Positions 58,275 to 64,000 of a stretch of 64,000 bases of DNA are shown here, piece by piece. The DNA is taken from NCBI RefSeq assembly GCF_001194135.2, contig NC_068989.1, positions 7,990,825 through 8,054,824 on the forward strand, read 5' to 3'. Made by a program: the position numbers and the translations under genes. The notes beneath the pieces are model-generated. The model searched no databases. It worked only from the letters and a program-made list of their open reading frames with translations, and was not told the origin of the DNA. Origin of the DNA: Octopus bimaculoides (taxonomy: Eukaryota). How positions within the stretch are numbered: the stretch's first letter is position 1; the number at the start of each line of letters is the position of its first letter.

Positions 58275-58563
58275 TGTGTAACATGCGTTATTTATCATAA
58301 CGTAAGAGTTGGGTAGTGTGGAGATACATACATATGTATATATATGAATGCTTAGTATGTGTATACGTAGATATACCCATGTATACATAAATACACGCAC
58401 GCACATACAAATATACTACTATGTATATATAGATCTACATATATATATATGTATGTACATACAATCATGTTTATACATCGATATATATTATATACACTTA
58501 CACACATATGTATGCATACAAATGTATGTGCTCATAGTTCGACCTCTCCCTCTCTTTGTCTCT

Positions 58564-58607
<44 letters not shown>

Positions 58608-58738
58608 ACACATGAGTGTGTGAGTGTGTGTGCCCTATAATGTATTTACAATTCTGATGATTATGTATATGTAGTTGTTTACGTATCCATTGAGTATGAA
58701 TGTCTCTGTCTTTTGTGTATGTGTGTGTGTGCGTGTGC

Positions 58739-58770
<32 letters not shown>

Positions 58771-59367
58771 AATATGCGGATGTATATGTGTAGACACGTG
58801 ATTTATGAAACTCAATGATGTGTTTGAGTTTCTAATTTGTGTGCAAGTATGCATATTTTTTTTGTGCACACAAAAATGATGAAAAACAAAGCTGATGTAA
58901 ACAAAATTTGAACTCAACGCGGAGGAACTCAGAACAAATAGCAAGAAGCATCGTATTCGATACTCTAAAGTTTCTACCAGTTCTACGAAGACTGTTGTGA
59001 AAGTAGCCGAAGTTATACAGAACAATTTGCCTGGAGTTACGTCCTCAAAAATGACTTTTCAATTTTTTACAGATTAGGAGGAAAAACCAAACAAAAATCA
59101 ACAAAAGGAAAGGCGAAAACAAAAACGCAACAAACCGTCTGTCGGCTGTATGAATAAAATAGAATTAACTGTCCTGGAACGTATTCCAAACAAAGTTAAA
59201 TTATTCCACGGCAAAAAAATTACGCTTCTGATCAATATTTAATAAGCATAAAAGCGATGTGATAATTGCATTTTATTTTCAAAAGTGTGAACACAGCGCA
59301 ATTAGCACAACTCAAATATTTTCCTGAAAAACAGATATATCTATTAATAACGATGAAACCGCGTATC

Positions 59368-59368
59368 G

Positions 59369-59453
<85 letters not shown>

Positions 59454-59468
59454 TTACTACTACTACTA
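59368..59468. repeat. (CTA)n microsatellite
   Basis: Directly visible. Confidence 0.95.
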
Positions 59469-59484
59469 TGTTTTTGTTGTTGTT

Positions 59485-59783
59485 GGCAGTCCGTCAGTTA
59501 CGACGACGAGGGTTCCAGTTGATCCGATCAACGGAACAGCCTGCTCGTAAAATTACCGTGCAAGTGGCTGAGCACTCCACAGACACGCGTACCCTTAACG
59601 TAGTTCTCGGGGATATTCAGCGTGACACAGTGTGAGAAGGCTGGCCCTTTGAAATACAGGCACAACAGAAACAGGAAGTAAGAGTGAGAGAAAGTTGTCG
59701 TGAAAGAGTACAGCAAAGTTCGTCACCATCTCCTGCCGGAGCCTCGTGGAACTTTAGGCGTTTTCGCTCAACACTCACAACGT
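59485..59783 (-). mobile_element. SINE family C2, head truncated
   Basis: C tail plus the aacagaaacaggaagtaagagtgagagaaag body shared with 60650-61025. Confidence 0.85.
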
Positions 59784-59899
59784 CCCAAAAGTAATGCAAA
59801 AATGAGCGTAACTTTCGCGTTAACTGACACAGGTCGTTTCAATTGCACATGTTAATAGAGTAACTTTTCTTCTTTACATGTTCTATTTCATGTTCTTCA

Positions 59900-60470
59900 T
59901 TGCAGGAAAATAATGGGTTCCAAGCAGAAGCAAGATGCCGTGATTGAGCTTCAGGTTATGCGGCATTTATCGAAGGCTACAGGTTGTTCACGGAGATGAC
60001 GCCATATTCAACATGGCCTATTAGGATTACTTGCAAGGCATTGGCTCTCCATAGTCCTGTTTTGTACTTTTCTTTTCAGTTGATTTCATGTTATCTTTTA
60101 TGTCATCATCAGTTCCTCGTCCTTCAACATACGCCAAAAGAGGTCGTAGTGTTTAGATCTGTTATTAGTGTACAAAATGGTGGTCAGTTCAGAAAAGATC
60201 AAATCTTTTATTAACAGCCACGACCAGGATGATGCAACCAGCATGGTGTTGAATAGACTAAAACTTGAAAAAAAACCCGGATAATTTTAAACACCAGATC
60301 AAGTATGAGTAAGGGTGGCAGCTCAGTAATAAAAGTAAAGACCTGACCAAATCTCATCTGCCATGAATAGTTTGACAATACAGCTTTCGCATTCGGATGG
60401 GGACTACAAGTATCAAGTCAGTTATGAAGGTCCCATAAACAAGAGAGAGATGACTGTCCACAAAGAAATA
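59900..60470 (+). mobile_element. Probable R4/Dong RT core remnant
   Basis: Frameshifted motifs in the expected order: QGIGSP (QGDSLSP-like), ISCYLL (ISHL-like), KMVVSSEKI, NSLTI and QYSF..IK..TR. Confidence 0.4.
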
Positions 60471-60649
60471 CATAAATTATGCTAACCAGAACTGTCAGCG
60501 TCTTAAAAATCTATATTAAAATCACACGAGATCTAGAACGTAGAACTGAAACAATATCGCCATTAGGGAAAAAAATCTGTAACTACTTAACTTACGTTGG
60601 CGAGCTGGAAAATAAAAACATTATTGTCATAATTAATGAACCTGAGGTT

Positions 60650-61025
60650 GGCACTCCGTCGGTTACGACGACGAGGGTTCCAGTTGATCCGATCAACAGA
60701 ACAGCCTGCTCGTGAAATTAACGTGCAAGTGGCTGAGCACTCCACAGACACGTGCACCCTTAACGTAGTTCTCGGGGATATTCAACGTGACACAGTGTGA
60801 CAAGGCTGACCCTTTGGATTACAGGTACAACAGAAACAGGAAGTAAGAGTGAGAGAAAGTTGTGGTGAAAGAGTACAGCAGGGTTCACCATCATCCCCTG
60901 TCGGAGCCTAGTGGAGCTTTAGGTGTTTTCGCTCAATAAACACTGACAACGCCCGGTCTGGGAATTGAAACTGTGATTCTATGATCGCGAGTCCGCTGCC
61001 CTAACCACTAGGCTATTGCGCCTCC
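60650..61025 (-). mobile_element. Full-length SINE family C2
   Basis: Head ggaggcgcaatagcctagtggttagggcagcggactcgcg (reverse complement) through tail gagtgcc. Confidence 0.9.
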
Positions 61026-61029
61026 TCTT

Positions 61030-61178
61030 GTACTCATTTTTGCTAGCTGAGTGGACTAGAGCAACGTGAAAGGAAGTGTTTTGCTCAAGAACACAACGCG
61101 TTGCTCGGTCCAGGAATCGAAACCACAATCTTACGATCATGTTGTTGACACCCTAACCACTAAGCTACGCGCCTCCAC
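61030..61178 (-). mobile_element. SINE family C1 head/body lacking its own tail
   Basis: actcatttttgctagctgagtggac...gctcaagaacacaacgcg...ccctaaccactaagctacgcgcctcc. Confidence 0.8.
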
Positions 61179-62006
61179 TAATGAACTTGAAGACAAATAC
61201 GAAATGAACATTGACACTGGTCTGCCTCAAAGGAATTGGGAAATCCTATTTAACACAGCAAAATTGAAAAATATACCAGGTCAGAGATAAGGTTGAATAT
61301 GTGTTCAAGAAATAACAAGAAAAAACACTAGAAGGAACAAACCCCTTAAAAAAAACTTGACATGGAATACCGACAAATTTACAACACCTCCATGAAATCG
61401 AAGATAATGAAATCCTCGGCACGTGCTTATATGTTAAAGAAGTCATCTGCCAGCAAGAAATGTAGACTCAGTCAAATCCAAATTGAAATCATTAGCCACA
61501 TCATTGCGAACTATCCACGAGAGAATAGCGTTAACGATATTACATTCCCATCAGACATGATATGGTAGCCAGAGAAAGCTGGAATTAATTATGAAACCAA
61601 AATAAATGAATAAAATGAAATATAAATATGAATATAATGGGAGCGATGAATCGAAAGAATATTGGTGGAATCTAGAAATAAAGATAGTAAACTAAAATAC
61701 AGACGATCAGATAATTTTTGTTTNNNNNNNNNNNNNNNNNNNNNNNNNNNNNNNNNNNNNNNNNNNNNNNNNNNNNNNNNNNNNNNNNNNNNNNNNNNNN
61801 NNNNNNNNNNNNNNNNNNNNNNNNNNNNNNNNNNNNNNNNNNNNNNNNNNNNNNNNNNATATATAAATACGTAATACACACACACACGCACACATACACA
61901 CACATACACATACACACGCACACACACACACATTCACCTGTGCTTCCATATATCATACATTCATTAATACCTACACATGCATCAATAAATATATTCAGAC
62001 ACACAG

Positions 62007-62038
<32 letters not shown>

Positions 62039-62200
62039 GATACACATATACGTTTATTGATGCGTACGCATAATATACACATCCTATGTTCACATACTCA
62101 TTTATTCATTTATGCACCCACATATAANNNNNNNNNNCTTCCATATATCATACATTCATTAATACCTACACATGCATCAATAAATAGATTCAGACACACA

Positions 62201-62239
<39 letters not shown>

Positions 62240-62775
62240 ATACATGCATAGATACGTATAAATTCATACATTTGTATACATAAACCATGACGATATGTAC
62301 ATATAGACATACATACCGATACATGCACATACACATATGCGTATAACCATACATGCATATATATGCATACAATTACAATAAATAAATGAAAAATAAATGC
62401 TTAAACACGCTTCATAACTGGCACTGTTTCAAAACGTGGAAGCTCTGTTCCACTGTTTCTCAACCGAGGTTCCTTGTAACCCGAGGGATCTGCAAGAGTT
62501 AGTTATGGGTTACGTAAGAAATAGCGAGAAATCGGCTAATTATTTACAAATGAACTTTCGGATAATGTTTGCGCTTATATCTGTGATTTCATTATACACG
62601 CATGGTATATTCCATAAAGAAAACAAATCTTGGCATCTGTAGGTAGTAAAGAGACCCTACAGAACAAGAAACCCTTTAAAGGGGAATCGTAGGGGATTTT
62701 GGTCTTAATGTTTTGATTAACCCTTTGCATGTCTTGTGTATCATGTGATTCACAGGACATAGTTCCTGGTGTTTG

Positions 62776-63100
62776 AAAGCGCGTGGCTTAATGGTTAGGG
62801 TATTCGGCTCACGATCGGAAGGTCGTGAGTTCATTTCCCGGCGACGCGTTGTGTCCTTGAGCAACACACTTTATTTCACGTTGCTCCAGTCCACTCAGCT
62901 GGCAAAAATGAGTAGTACCTGTATTTCAAAGGAGCCAGCTTTGTCACACTCTGTGTCATGCTGAATCTCCCCAAGAACTACGTTAAGGGTACACGTGTCT
63001 GTAGAGTGCTCAGAGAGCCACATGCATGTTAATTTCACGGGTAGGCTGTTCCGCTGATCGGACCAACTGGAACCCTTGTCATTGTAACCGACAGAGCTCC
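62776..63100 (+). mobile_element. Full-length SINE family C1
   Basis: gcgcgtggcttaatggttaggg...gtgtccttgagcaacacactt...ccaactggaaccct. Confidence 0.9.
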
Positions 63101-63594
63101 AATCATCCATGATACATACATGACACACATTCCTAATTTTCTTCAACCGCCAGAGTATCTTGGGACTTATGAAGGGGGAACTTTATATTACTCAGAACGT
63201 ATAAAACAAGGACTAACTAGAAGTCTGAGAACAAGTATGGACGTTTTGAAAAATATTTTGGAAAACTTATGAAAATATTTTGCACAGGTAAATGCCTAAA
63301 GACGCAATTTCTTAAATCGGCTTTGTGGTGTGATGGATTTAACACTACTAAACCTTTCAAAGACAGTTTCATAATTTATTTAATCCCTTGAGGTATTTTA
63401 ATCCTTTATCTTCAATATGGCTGCTAGATATTAGATGGCCACACGAATGATTCATTCCGAATTAAATTTTAAATATTATGTATAAAAAAGTTATTTATTA
63501 CATATGGTATTTATATTGTACATTATGAAACTGTTAAAAAGTTTAATTCAAATTACAAGTAAATATAAATGAATAAATAAATAAAAAAATAAAA

Positions 63595-63738
63595 ATTCTT
63601 TTACTTGTTTCAGTCATTTGACTGCGGCCATGCTGGAGCACCGCCTTTAGTCGAATAAATCGATTCCACGACCTATTCTTTGTAAGCCTAGTACTTAAAT
63701 TTTATATGCGCGCAGACACACACCCAAACACAAATACA

Positions 63739-63777
<39 letters not shown>

Positions 63778-63985
63778 GTATGTATTTGTTGTTCTGTGTT
63801 TGTCCCCACACCATCGTTTGACAACCGATACTGGTGTGTTCACGTCCCCGTAACTTAGCGGTTCGGCCCAACAGACCGATAGAATAAGCACTAGGCTTAC
63901 AAAGAATAAGTTCTGGGGTCGATTTGTTCAACTAAAGGCGGTACCCCAGCATGGCCGCAGTGAAATCACTGAAACAAATAAACGA
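63595..63985. mobile_element. Two SINE family B 3' parts in inverted orientation (63595-63697 minus; 63770-63985 plus)
   Basis: The tail appears once in each orientation around a (CA)n spacer. Confidence 0.8.
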
Positions 63986-64000
63986 ATGATGAAATTAGAG

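Noticed and set aside
61935-62240. Direct repeat of about 100 bp in the (CA)-rich region
   Set aside because: The second copy starts right after a 10-N gap; likely artefact.

Overview
AT-rich, repeat-dense eukaryotic DNA with many N gaps. The tRNA-derived SINE families, microsatellite load and RTE, R4/Dong, Tx1 and Penelope relics look like an octopus/coleoid draft assembly (inference, not verified). Two coding regions are credible: a 875-aa single-exon C2H2 zinc-finger protein (21016-23643, +) and a 292-aa secreted-looking orphan with a signal peptide and furin-type site (50426-51304, -). Most other ORFs in the track are gap, microsatellite or transposon artefacts. The strongest unexpected signal is two separate foldback elements (5475-5704 and 7915-8198). 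Each arm carries a minimal type I hammerhead-ribozyme fold pointing outward. One element has a canonical CUGAUGA core; the other has a compensatory G3:C8 core (GUGAWCA) in both arms. Both lie just upstream of a degenerate Penelope RT/GIY-YIG element that is split by a mariner. All alignments, translations and folds were done by eye, and repeat boundaries are approximate.
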